DNA of 64,000 nucleotides from an uncultured Acidobacteriota bacterium. Its GTDB lineage: Bacteria; Acidobacteriota; Terriglobia; Terriglobales; Acidobacteriaceae. The notes below the pieces were generated by a model, which was not told the DNA's origin, searched no databases, and saw only the letters and a list, made by a program, of their open reading frames with translations. This document shows positions 9,970-19,441 of this stretch, piece after piece. The DNA lies in assembly GCA_963794795.1 (NCBI GenBank), contig CAWCFC010000003.1, positions 178,002-242,001 of the forward strand, read 5' to 3'. A program made the position numbers and the translations under genes. The number at the start of each line of letters is the position of its first letter. The first letter of the stretch is position 1.

Positions 9970-11057
9970 TGTGAAGCCGCCTGTGACTGGAGGAGTTGTT
10001 GCGCAGCCTCCAGTACATCCTTCACTGTAATCGTCAGTAGGCCAGTTTCAGGCTCGCTTCTGCGAGTGTGATCCCGCTTGCTGGCGGGATGCCTAAGCAC
10101 GATTGCGCGGGTTCCATAAGGACCGTTGCGCGCCGGGTTGGTGGGGCCGTAGATGCCGACTACAGGAATATTGAGCGCGGCGGCAAGATGCAGCGGACCG
10201 GTATCTCCACCAATGAACAAACTGGCGCGGCGCGTGCACTCGATCAACTGACCCATACTGCCCGTCATCGGGAAGACTCGCGCATTCGGGTCGGATGAGA
10301 AAGCATTCGCCAATTTTGACTCGCCCGGTCCTATGTTGACGACCGTTGTCAGGCCCATCGCGGGCAATTCGGCAGCAACGGCTGCGTAGCGTTCGGCGGG
10401 CCAGCATTTCGCTCCCCACCCCGCACCCGGGTTCATCAACACGAATCGATCGATGCCGCGATCTGCCAGCCATTTGTCACACCATTCCTCTGCGACGGGA
10501 TCAATGGGCAGGGTGGGTGCTTGATAGGGTAGATCTTCTCGGAGGACTGCATTCACGACTTCATTCGCCTGTTCCACCACGTGTATGCCGGTGGTGGCAA
10601 CGCGCTCTCGAAACAGCCAGCGCGCCAGTGGCTCACGCGGATCGGCTTCGCCAATCATGCGTGGCGCCTTCGCCATGCGTCCAATCCATGCGGAGCGGAT
10701 CGCACCTTGCAAGTCGATGCAGATGTCATAATGGTGGGCGCGCAACTCGCCACGAAGTTGGCGGATCCCACGAAAGGTGGAAGAGGAAAGCGGTTCGCGG
10801 GCCCATCCCTTTGCGGGCACACGATGCAGTCGATCGACGATCGGCATCTGCGGACTGCGTTCACAGCCATCTTCGCAGGATTCTGCGCACAGAAGCGGCA
10901 CCCACTGCGGTTCGATGGCCCAGCCGATCCGGCTGCCGGGATGATTTGTATCGAGCGCTGCACGCAGGGCTGTCACCGCCGGTAACGCGTGCAGAATATC
11001 GCCCATCGCGCCTAAGCGAACGACGAGGATCCGTAGAGATTGAGATTGAGTGGGCAA
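9966..11057 (-). CDS. glycosyltransferase family 9 (LPS heptosyltransferase-like)
   Basis: Has the N-terminal LRILVVRLGAMGDILHALPAV and C-terminal GGDTGPLHLAAAL motifs. The TTG start at 11057 is chosen because the longer ORF to 11168 overlaps lpxK. Confidence 0.8.
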   Translation of the reverse strand: MPTQSQSLRILVVRLGAMGDILHALPAVTALRAALDTNHPGSRIGWAIEPQWVPLLCAESCEDGCERSPQMPIVDRLHRVPAKGWAREPLSSSTFRGIRQLRGELRAHHYDICIDLQGAIRSAWIGRMAKAPRMIGEADPREPLARWLFRERVATTGIHVVEQANEVVNAVLREDLPYQAPTLPIDPVAEEWCDKWLADRGIDRFVLMNPGAGWGAKCWPAERYAAVAAELPAMGLTTVVNIGPGESKLANAFSSDPNARVFPMTGSMGQLIECTRRASLFIGGDTGPLHLAAALNIPVVGIYGPTNPARNGPYGTRAIVLRHPASKRDHTRRSEPETGLLTITVKDVLEAAQQLLQSQAASQ

Positions 11058-11064
11058 CGATCCA

Positions 11065-12132
11065 TCATCGCACGTTGCGCGGGTGGAGTTGAAGATGTTC
11101 CTGCAGAAGTGATTCCAGCCCGTCGATGCAACGCTTCTCCTCTTGCAGGTGGACGTCCAGCCCTGCAATCACAAGCCGACCGTGCTTTTCTAACTCCGCG
11201 CGAAGCTCGCCGGCAAGCCGCACGCTATCTTTTTCTGTCGTCACAAAGCAATTCGCTCCCGAACGGCTTGCAACGGCTTTCAGGCGCGCGACATCACCGA
11301 GGTTGTAGACGTGGTGATCGCGAAAAGCAATCGTAGCCTGCAACGTCAGACCGGCTTGGCGCAGTCCGTCGAAAAATCCTGTGGCATCGCCGATAGCGCA
11401 GAATGCCAGTGCGTTGGGAATCGAGGCTGCATCCGCGGGAAGGGTGGTTCGGCGCTCGACAATCCAGACACGCGCGGGACTGGAGGCTTGATTCATGAGT
11501 TGCAGGACCCGCTCGGACTGGTCGGCATCCTCGGCGCGCAACACGCAGAAGTCAGCGCGACGTAATCCGCTCAGCGGTTCTCGGAGGCGACCGGACGGCA
11601 GCAGTCGGTCGTACAGGTCGGCACGCTGCAGCAGAACAATATCTACGGCGCGAGCCAGTTTGCGATGTTGAAATCCGTCATCAAGTATGTGCAGTCTGCG
11701 CAAGTTGGGCGAATCGGCGGCGGCTTCCTTCTCCGCCAGTTGGCCTGCGTCATATCGGCGGGCTCCCACATGCACGGAGAGACCATGGCGAGCCATCAGG
11801 AGAGGCTCATCGCCAAACTCCGCTGGCGTACCAGCAGCTTCGACACGTGCGACAGTATTGCTGCTGCGACCGTAGCCACGGCTCAGGACGTCGACATTCC
11901 AGACACGTTGCGACAGCAAATCGGCAAGCAGCAGCACCAGCGGAGTTTTTCCGCTGCCGCCGACCGAGAGATTGCCGACGCTGATCACCGGCCAGGACAG
12001 TATTTTTGATTGCAACCAGCCGCGGTCGTAGGCGTAGTTTTTGAAACGTGTTGCAACACCATAAGGCAAAGTGAGCGGCCACAGCAGATTCGATAGAGCA
12101 TTGCGCTGAGAATTATTTGTTGGGCGGCTCAT
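11065..12132 (-). CDS. lpxK: tetraacyldisaccharide 4'-kinase
   Basis: Has the P-loop GNLSVGGSGKTPLV. The ATG at 12132 (MSRPTNN) overlaps the waaA stop (ATGA). Confidence 0.9.
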   Translation of the reverse strand: MSRPTNNSQRNALSNLLWPLTLPYGVATRFKNYAYDRGWLQSKILSWPVISVGNLSVGGSGKTPLVLLLADLLSQRVWNVDVLSRGYGRSSNTVARVEAAGTPAEFGDEPLLMARHGLSVHVGARRYDAGQLAEKEAAADSPNLRRLHILDDGFQHRKLARAVDIVLLQRADLYDRLLPSGRLREPLSGLRRADFCVLRAEDADQSERVLQLMNQASSPARVWIVERRTTLPADAASIPNALAFCAIGDATGFFDGLRQAGLTLQATIAFRDHHVYNLGDVARLKAVASRSGANCFVTTEKDSVRLAGELRAELEKHGRLVIAGLDVHLQEEKRCIDGLESLLQEHLQLHPRNVR

Positions 12133-13479
12133 TGCTGGAAAGCCTTTTTGGGGGCGGGAAGTGAATCGGCCAGAATTTTCTGGATGGCGGCAAGACAATT
12201 GTCAGAAGCGCCCGCCTGTTCCTCGAACACATGTCGAGCGCGGGTGCCCATCGACTTCGCTTCGGTAGATGTCAGCAATTCCTGCAGGGCCGCACGCAAA
12301 CGCTCCGGCGGAGTGACGCGGATTGCTTCCTGCTCCAGCAACGCCGCAACCATGCCGCGAAAATTCTCAGTATAAGGACCCATGACGATGGGCACTGCGA
12401 ACTGGGCCGGTTCCAGCGGGTTGTGTCCGCCGGCGGGAATCAGGCTGCCGCCAACAAACGCCACGGACGCCAGCGAATAGACAGAAGCCAACTCACCGAC
12501 GGTGTCGAGAAGAAATACGCTGCCGGCGGCGATCGACTCGGGCCGCTGCAACCAGTCAGAACGGCGAACCAGTCGAAAGCCCGCGTCTGTGACCGATTTT
12601 TCGACAGAGCGAAAGCGCTCCGGATGACGCGGCGCCAGGATCATGGTGAGTTGAGGAAGGTCGGGAAGCAATCCGCGAAATGCGTCGAGAAGCAACCGCT
12701 CCTCGCCCTCAAGCGTGCTACCTGCGACGATTACCTTGCCTGACTGAGGGAGATGCGTGCGCAATTCGCACGTGATCGGCAATTCAATCGCGGCCCGCAC
12801 ATCGTACTTTAAATTGCCGGCAGAACGCACTTTGTCCGCGGGCACGCCGATGTCTACGAATCGAAGTCGATCTTCTTCACTCTGTGCCAGCACCAGCGTC
12901 AGCTTGCGTAGCAGCGGCGTCCATAGAGCGTGAAGGGCGCGATAGCGAGGAAGAGATCGATTGGAGATGCGGCCGTTGACCACAATGACGGGAATGCCGG
13001 CGTGCTCCGCTTCCACCAGCATGCGCGGCCACAGTTCGCTTTCCACCAGAACGAGTGCGCGGGGCTCAATGCCTTGAGATAGCGACGCACGATCCATGCA
13101 AAATCCAGCGGATAATAGAACACGCGCGTCGGGCGTGGGTCGGAATTGGCCTGCCCAGTGATCAGCTATCGAAGCGTTCCTGCGCCAGTTTCTGACCTGT
13201 CCTGGTGGTTGTCGAAATTACCATGCGCAAATCCGGATCGAGCGTCTGCATCCGTTCAATCAGACGGCTGGCGGCAATCACTTCTCCGACAGAAACGGCA
13301 TGGATCCAGATGGTGGATCGCCCTGCAACAAATTTGCGAAGGCCGGGTGAAATCACTCCCAGCCGTTGGCTTAGCCCGTGGCGATAGCGACCGCTCCACG
13401 CCATGCGGAACAGCCAATACGGCGAAGTCACAACGAGGGCGACCACCAGGGCCAGACTGTAGAGCAGCATCATGGGCAA
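12129..13479 (-). pseudogene. waaA: 3-deoxy-D-manno-octulosonic acid (Kdo) transferase, interrupted by two 1-nt frameshifts
   Basis: The protein is spread over three frames. The N-terminus (…HAVSVGEVIAA…TTTRTGQKLAQERFDS*) runs 13479-13162. The middle (LITGQ…VFYYPLDFAWIVRRYLKALSP) runs about 13163-13062. The remainder (RALVLVESELWPRML…) runs to 12129. Each junction needs one extra base, at 13162-13168 and at the G4 run 13061-13064. Confidence 0.85.
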
Positions 13480-13644
13480 TAGCGCGCTTACTTTTGCGAA
13501 TCAAACTGTGCCGTTCCCAGAATTCTGACGGCAAATCTCTTTACTACCTTACTCTTCATTACGGCGGCCAACGGTGATCGGAGCCTCATCGAGCGAGGAT
13601 CGTGCCGTAGCCGTTACCATGGAGGAAGAGAAACCTTCTATCGG

Positions 13645-14990
13645 ATGACAACAAATCTTCCTCGTATTCGAGTTCTCGGCGCTGGACTGGCTGGCCCGGA
13701 AGCCGCGCTGCAGGCGGCGCGGCGAGGGTGCTATGTCGATTTATACGAGATGCGGCCTGTACGCTCGACGGAAGCGCATCAAACATCGGACTTCGCCGAA
13801 TTGGTTTGTTCGAACTCGCTGAAATCTGAAAGTGAGAACACGGCGCCGTGGTTGCTGAAGCAGGAGATGCGCCGTGCGGGGTCGGTGTTATTGCAGGCTG
13901 CGGATGCGGCCGCTGTGCCTGCGGGTCACGCATTGGCGGTGGACCGCGTGGAGTTCTCCCGGCGGGTTGCGGATGCAATTGCAGCCGAGCCCCGCATCAC
14001 AGTGCACCGGGAAGAAGTCACCTCACTCGATCCCGCCGATGGTTGGACCGTGATTGCTTCCGGGCCGCTCACGTCCCCGGCATTGTCTGCTGCAATTGCA
14101 CAACTGACCGGCAGCGAGCACCTTGCGTTCTACGACTCGATCAGCCCGATTGTCGATGCCGAGTCGATCGATATGGATCGGGTCTACATGGCGGCGCGTT
14201 GGGACAAAGGCACGGCTGATTACATTAACTGTCCCATGACGGCGGAGGAGTATGACCGCTTTTACGATGCCCTGGTGACGGCGGAATCTGTGCAGGAGAA
14301 AGAGTGGGAGAAGCTGACGTATTTTGAAGGATGCCTTGCCGATTGAAGAGCTGGCGCGGCGAGGGCGCGATACGCCGCGTTTTGGGCCGATGAAGCCGGT
14401 GGGTTTGCGCGATCCGCGAACCGGCAAGACGCCGTGGGCGGTGGTGCAACTGCGGTGCGAGAATCTGCGGGCAGACTCCTACAACCTGGTTGGATTTCAG
14501 AATCATTTGAAGTTCAGCGAGCAGGCGCGCGTGCTGCGGTTGATCCCGGGCCTGGAGAATGCGAAATTTTTGCGTTACGGCCAAATCCATCGCAACACCT
14601 ACATCAATGCTCCGAGATTGTTGACAGAAACACTGCAACTGCGCGATCATCCGCGAGTTCTTTTTGCGGGCCAAATTTCCGGAGTCGAGGGGTATACGGA
14701 GTCGATTGCAACCGGGATGCTTGCCGGTTTATATGTGGCGGCGTTAGCGGCAAACGAGCAGCCGGAGCCGGTACCGCGAGCGACCGGCCTGGGGTCGCTG
14801 GTGCATTACATTACCCACGCAGATCCTGCGCGTTTTCAACCGGCCAACATCACGTTCGACTTGTTGGAGCCGCTGGAGGAGGAATTGCGGCGCAAAGTTC
14901 GTGACAAGCGCGAACGTCACAAACTGCAATGCGAACGCTCGCTGGCGCAATTTGATGGATGGTGGCAGCGGTTTCGCGCCACGAGTGCTG
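13645..14990 (+). pseudogene. trmFO: methylenetetrahydrofolate--tRNA-(uracil-5-)-methyltransferase TrmFO, frameshifted; 3' end undefined
   Basis: Has the FAD motif RVLGAGLAGPEAA. The conserved stretch [29 protein letters not shown] is split between frames by one extra base within 14331-14341. There is no in-frame stop after the TrmFO-like C-terminus (…LAQFDGWWQRF, about 14975). Confidence 0.85.
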
Positions 14991-15007
14991 CTAAAGCTGG
15001 AGCGGGT

Positions 15008-15945
15008 TTGCCGTCTGTCCTTGGACTTTTTATTCTGGCCATGTTTCTTTCGATCGCCGCGCCGCATTCATTTGCCTGGGGGCGTGACGGACACAAAATC
15101 ATCAACAAAGTGGCGATGGAGACGCTGCCACCGAACATGCCGGCGTTTCTGCGCACGCCACAAGCGCTCGATGAAATCGAATATCTGGGGCCGGAACCGG
15201 ATCGCTGGCGCTCCTCGGCGGAGCCGGAGTTGAGTTCTGCCGGCGCTCCGGAGCATTTTATTGACCTCGAGTTGGCGGACCTTGTGGCTCCCGATGGCCT
15301 GCCCACAGAGCGCTACGATTTTCTCGACGAGTTGAATGCCGCTGATCGGCTGCATCCAGATTTGGCTGACCGACTCACTCCGCAAAAGGTGGGCCTGCTG
15401 CCGTGGCAGGCCGAGGAAGACTTTGAGCGGCTCACCGTGGACATGAGCGACTATCGGATGTTGCAGCGGGCGCGTACCGAGACCTACGGCGCGGAGCAGG
15501 CCATTCTGTATGACATTGGATGTCTTGGACATTTTGTGGGTGACGGGTCGCAGCCGCTGCACACCACCATCAATTACAACGGGTGGGTTGAGGCGGAAAA
15601 TCCTGAGAAGTTTCTCGCGTCGAGCGGGGAATTCATAGCCGGTTCGAGACGGAATTCGTGCATGACAATCTTCAGGCGCGCGATGTTGCACCGCTGATTC
15701 CGACGGTACGCACGCTCAATGATCCGTTTCAGGATTTTCTGCTGTACCTGCGAACTAGCCATGCGCAGGTGGCCCAGGTCTACCGATTCGATAGACAGGG
15801 CGCGTTCGACGGCCGTGGAACGGCGGCATCGCGCACGTTTACCGCAGAACGATTGGCGGCGGGCGCAACCATGCTGCGCGACATGATCTACACTGCGTGG
15901 CTCGACAGTGCGCAGATCGAAGCAGGATGCGGGAATGGATGGTGA
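15008..15945 (+). pseudogene. secreted S1/P1 nuclease / zinc phospholipase C superfamily protein, frameshifted
   Basis: A signal-like segment LPSVLGLFILAMFLSIAAPHSFA is followed by WGRDGHK and GHFVGDGSQPLHTT. The C-terminal part (RGIHSRFETEFVHDN…) is in the -1 frame. The junction lies within 15607-15640, with the G4 run 15626-15629 as a candidate. The start is uncertain. Confidence 0.65.
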
Positions 15946-15949
15946 GGGG

Positions 15950-17096
15950 TCATTGTTTCGCGGACGCCTGCACTTGCTGCCACTGGTCTTCAATGAACTG
16001 ATCCGTCATTCCGGCAATGTAGTCCGCGACCACGCGGGGAGCGCCTTCGCTGGCAATCTGCGTTTCGTGGCTGGCGGGTAATTCGAGCGGATTCTGCATC
16101 CAGTATTGAAACAGTCCCGCGATAATTTCCTCCGCGAGCGCGTGATCTCGTTCCAGATAGGTGGCGTGATACAGCTTCTGCAGTAAATATTGCTTGGCCT
16201 GATGGCGGCGCTGTTCCATCTCATCAGAAAACGCGACCAGTCGATGACCCGCGTGTCGAACCGCTGCGAGCGATTGAATCCCGCCAGTTGTTACGCGGTG
16301 ATGAGTGTTGACCACCAGGTCGTTCACCAGCGCGTTCAACATGCGTTTGAGCGCTTCATGGAATAGCAACTTCGGCGCGGCAGTCGGATAGCGAAGTTCC
16401 ATCTTTCCGATAAAACTCTTCAAACAGAGAAACATTGTGGCGCAGATCTTCGATGGAGAGAATCTCCGCCTCGACACCATCGTCCATATCCGCTGTCAGG
16501 TATGCGATCTCATCGGCCAGATCGATCAATTGCGCTTCCAACGGCGGCAACTGATCCAGAAAATATTGCTGCAATTCAGGATGCTGTGCAAGCGAATAGT
16601 CGCGCGAATGCTTGATGATGCCTTCGCGCACGGCCAGCGTCAGGTTTAGTCCGCGAAACCCTGCATAGCGCTGCTCAAAATATTCCACGATGCGCAAGGC
16701 GTGTAAATTGTGGTCGAAGTGCAGACCATAGGCTTGCAACTGGCGATCGAGCGCCTGCTCGCCGGCGTGGCCAAACGGCGGATGTCCAATGTCATGGACC
16801 AAGGCCAGGGTTTCGACCAGTTCTTCATTCAGTTCAAGGGCCGCGGCAGCAGTGCGGGCAATTTGAGTCACCTCAATCGTATGGGTGAGCCGGCTGCGAA
16901 AGTGATCGGAGTCGCGATGGGTGAATACCTGCGTTTTGCCTGCCAGTCGACGAAAGGCTCGGGCGTGAATGACGCGATCACGATCACGCTGAAATGCAGA
17001 GCGATAGGCGTGAGGATTTTCCGCGTGCTCGCGTACAGTCAGGGGATCGGACGCATCGCCGATCACTGCGCAGCTGCTGAGCGAAGTCGCCTGCAT
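15950..17096 (-). pseudogene. dgt: dGTP triphosphohydrolase-like HD-domain protein, frameshifted
   Basis: The HD motif is RLTHTIEV…HDIGHPPFGH. The N-terminal 246-aa ORF (17096-16356) and the C-terminal ORF (16480-15950) overlap in different frames. The junction is near 16395-16415 (…LFEEFYRK / MELRYPTAAPKLLFHEAL). Confidence 0.85.
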
Positions 17097-17112
17097 GAGA
17101 AAGTTGAGAGCT

Positions 17113-19299
17113 CTAGTGTCCGATTGGAACCGCGTGCGAATCTTCTTTCGCCAGCTTGACCTTGGCTCGATCCAAACGCTTGCGGACCTTATTCACATCT
17201 CCGGGTTCCGCATCCGCCGGGGCGGAGTTGGCATAATTCGCCAGCGAGCTTTCCCACTGCGCGACCGCCTGTTGCAGATGACCCGTGGAGGCGTAGACCT
17301 CGCCCAGATGGTCGTGGACTGTTGGATCCTTCGGAATCAAGGTGATGGCTTTCTCGAGGGCCTCTTCGGCCAGCTCATATTGGCCGAGCTTGTAATGGAC
17401 CCAACCCAGGGAGTCCAGGTAGGCGCCATTTTCCGGATCGAGCTTCACGGCATGTTCGACCAATTGCAGTGCTTCAGGAAGCTTTTGATCGTGGTCAGCC
17501 AGCATGTACCCCAGGTAATTCAACGCCAAAGCGTTATCCGGATCCAATGCCAGCGATTGACGGAATTCCGCTTCGGCGGCGTCGATGTGCTTTTGTCTTT
17601 CCTGCAGTGCGCCGCGCAGAAAAAAGATCAGGCTGTTTTGCTGTTTGGTAGTGCTGAGCGACTGCGCTTGGTCGATGGCAAGCGATGCGTCTTTCCACTT
17701 GTGCAGCCGGGTATACATCTGCGCCAGGGTCAACCAGACGATGCGATCCTGCTTGGAGCCGCTCAACTGTGCTTTGGCCAGCGCGACCCCTTCCTTCACT
17801 TTCCCGGTATCTGCCAGCTGTCCCGCCAGGGTCAGTTGCAGATCCACATTCTTGGGCAGAGCCTGCACCGCCTGCTGTGCCGCTGTAGTTGCTTCCGGCA
17901 GCATTTTGGCATCGCGGTAGGTATCCACTTCGCCTTGATAGCCACGCTCGGCATCGTCGCCGCCCATCAGAATCATTTCCTTGTAGGCGTCAATGGCCTG
18001 CTGCGTCTTGTTCTGGTCGCGGTACACAGTCGCCAGCCGATCGAGGAAGATAGCGCGATTATTCTTTTCATCCGCCGTGTACTTTTCGCTGACATGATGA
18101 GTGCTGTCGACGAGTTGCTGCAATACGTCCGCTGCCTGGTCAAGATGACCCTGAGCTTCCGCGATTAAAGCCTCGTTGTACTTTACCTCGGGTGAATCGG
18201 GGTTGAGCGCCTTGGCATGGTCGAGAGCAGCTTCGGCTTGCTTTAAATGGCCCTGGGTGCGGTCCAGTTCTGCGATGCGCAGGAACGAGTGAACATCTTC
18301 CGGATCCTGCGCGGCTACACCTTGAAAAATTTTCAGCGCTGCATCTGGCTGATTGTTGGTCAGCAAATCTTCCGCCAGACCACGCTGCGCATCCAGGTTG
18401 TCCGGCTGCAGGTTCAGCGCATCCTGATAGGCGGCAATGGCGAGCTTGGTGCTGTTACCGGATTGGTCGTAGGCAGCCGCCAGGGCCAGATCGATCTTGA
18501 AGGTGCGATCGTCCGGAGGAACGCTTTGCAGCACGCTGATGGCGGCCGAAAGATTGTTTTGCTCCCCGTATAAGCGCGCCAGGTTCAGAACTACATCCTC
18601 TGAATTTGGATCGACTCGGCGAGCCTCTTCAAACTGCGCTTTCGCGTCCTTGGTGTCATGCTTCAGGGTGTACAGCTGACCCAGCAGCAGACGATCTTCC
18701 ACCTGGTCAGGCTCGATCGTCACAATCTTTTGAAACTCCTGAATCGCAAGATCCAACATCGGGCCGGGCTGCTGGCCATTCTCCGTGTCGCCCAGCGAGC
18801 GCAGATAGACACGTCCTAATAATTTGTGGGCCTGCAGGTCATCCGGGTGCGTCTTCAGAATTCTCTGGGCAGTTTCAATGGCCTCGCGGATTCGCCCCAG
18901 CTTGAAATATGTGTCTGCCAGCGTGTTCTGCAAAAATACGGAATCGGGGTCATGGGTGATCGCGAGCTTGTATTGCTCAATCGCCTGGACTGCCAGCTCC
19001 GGCCGTCCGTATTGTTCAGCTGATTCCTCGTACAAATGGCCGAGCGCGAAATGGTAATAGGATTGGGCTCGTTTTCCAGTCTCACCCGCGGGTTGCTGTG
19101 AAGCCTGCGCTGACGAGCTCGCCGGCGTGGTTCCAGCAGCGGTAATCCCAGTGGGCGTGCTTTGAGGTTTTGTTTCCGGAGCAGAACTGGTTTGGGCAAT
19201 TACAGCCGCGGAGCACGCGAACACTGCGACCAGCGCAGCAGATTGTTGCCATCTCCACAGAGAAAGGGGATTCCCTTCGGCGACACGATCCTTCGTCAT
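17113..19299 (-). CDS. secreted tetratricopeptide (TPR) repeat protein
   Basis: A signal/anchor segment (ALVAVFACSAAVIAQ) is followed by many tandem TPR-like 34-aa units. The ATG at 19299 is preferred. Confidence 0.8.
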   Translation of the reverse strand: MTKDRVAEGNPLSLWRWQQSAALVAVFACSAAVIAQTSSAPETKPQSTPTGITAAGTTPASSSAQASQQPAGETGKRAQSYYHFALGHLYEESAEQYGRPELAVQAIEQYKLAITHDPDSVFLQNTLADTYFKLGRIREAIETAQRILKTHPDDLQAHKLLGRVYLRSLGDTENGQQPGPMLDLAIQEFQKIVTIEPDQVEDRLLLGQLYTLKHDTKDAKAQFEEARRVDPNSEDVVLNLARLYGEQNNLSAAISVLQSVPPDDRTFKIDLALAAAYDQSGNSTKLAIAAYQDALNLQPDNLDAQRGLAEDLLTNNQPDAALKIFQGVAAQDPEDVHSFLRIAELDRTQGHLKQAEAALDHAKALNPDSPEVKYNEALIAEAQGHLDQAADVLQQLVDSTHHVSEKYTADEKNNRAIFLDRLATVYRDQNKTQQAIDAYKEMILMGGDDAERGYQGEVDTYRDAKMLPEATTAAQQAVQALPKNVDLQLTLAGQLADTGKVKEGVALAKAQLSGSKQDRIVWLTLAQMYTRLHKWKDASLAIDQAQSLSTTKQQNSLIFFLRGALQERQKHIDAAEAEFRQSLALDPDNALALNYLGYMLADHDQKLPEALQLVEHAVKLDPENGAYLDSLGWVHYKLGQYELAEEALEKAITLIPKDPTVHDHLGEVYASTGHLQQAVAQWESSLANYANSAPADAEPGDVNKVRKRLDRAKVKLAKEDSHAVPIGH

Positions 19300-19441
19300 T
19301 CGAAAAACTACCTCGCACCTTGTGCCGCGGTGTTCACGCACGGAAATGGAGCAATTCGGCCCCTTTTTCTAGATTGTACGCCGGAAAGCCTCGCGAAAGC
19401 CTCGACACGCGGGGAAATTGACCTCTCCAAGTAGGACGATT

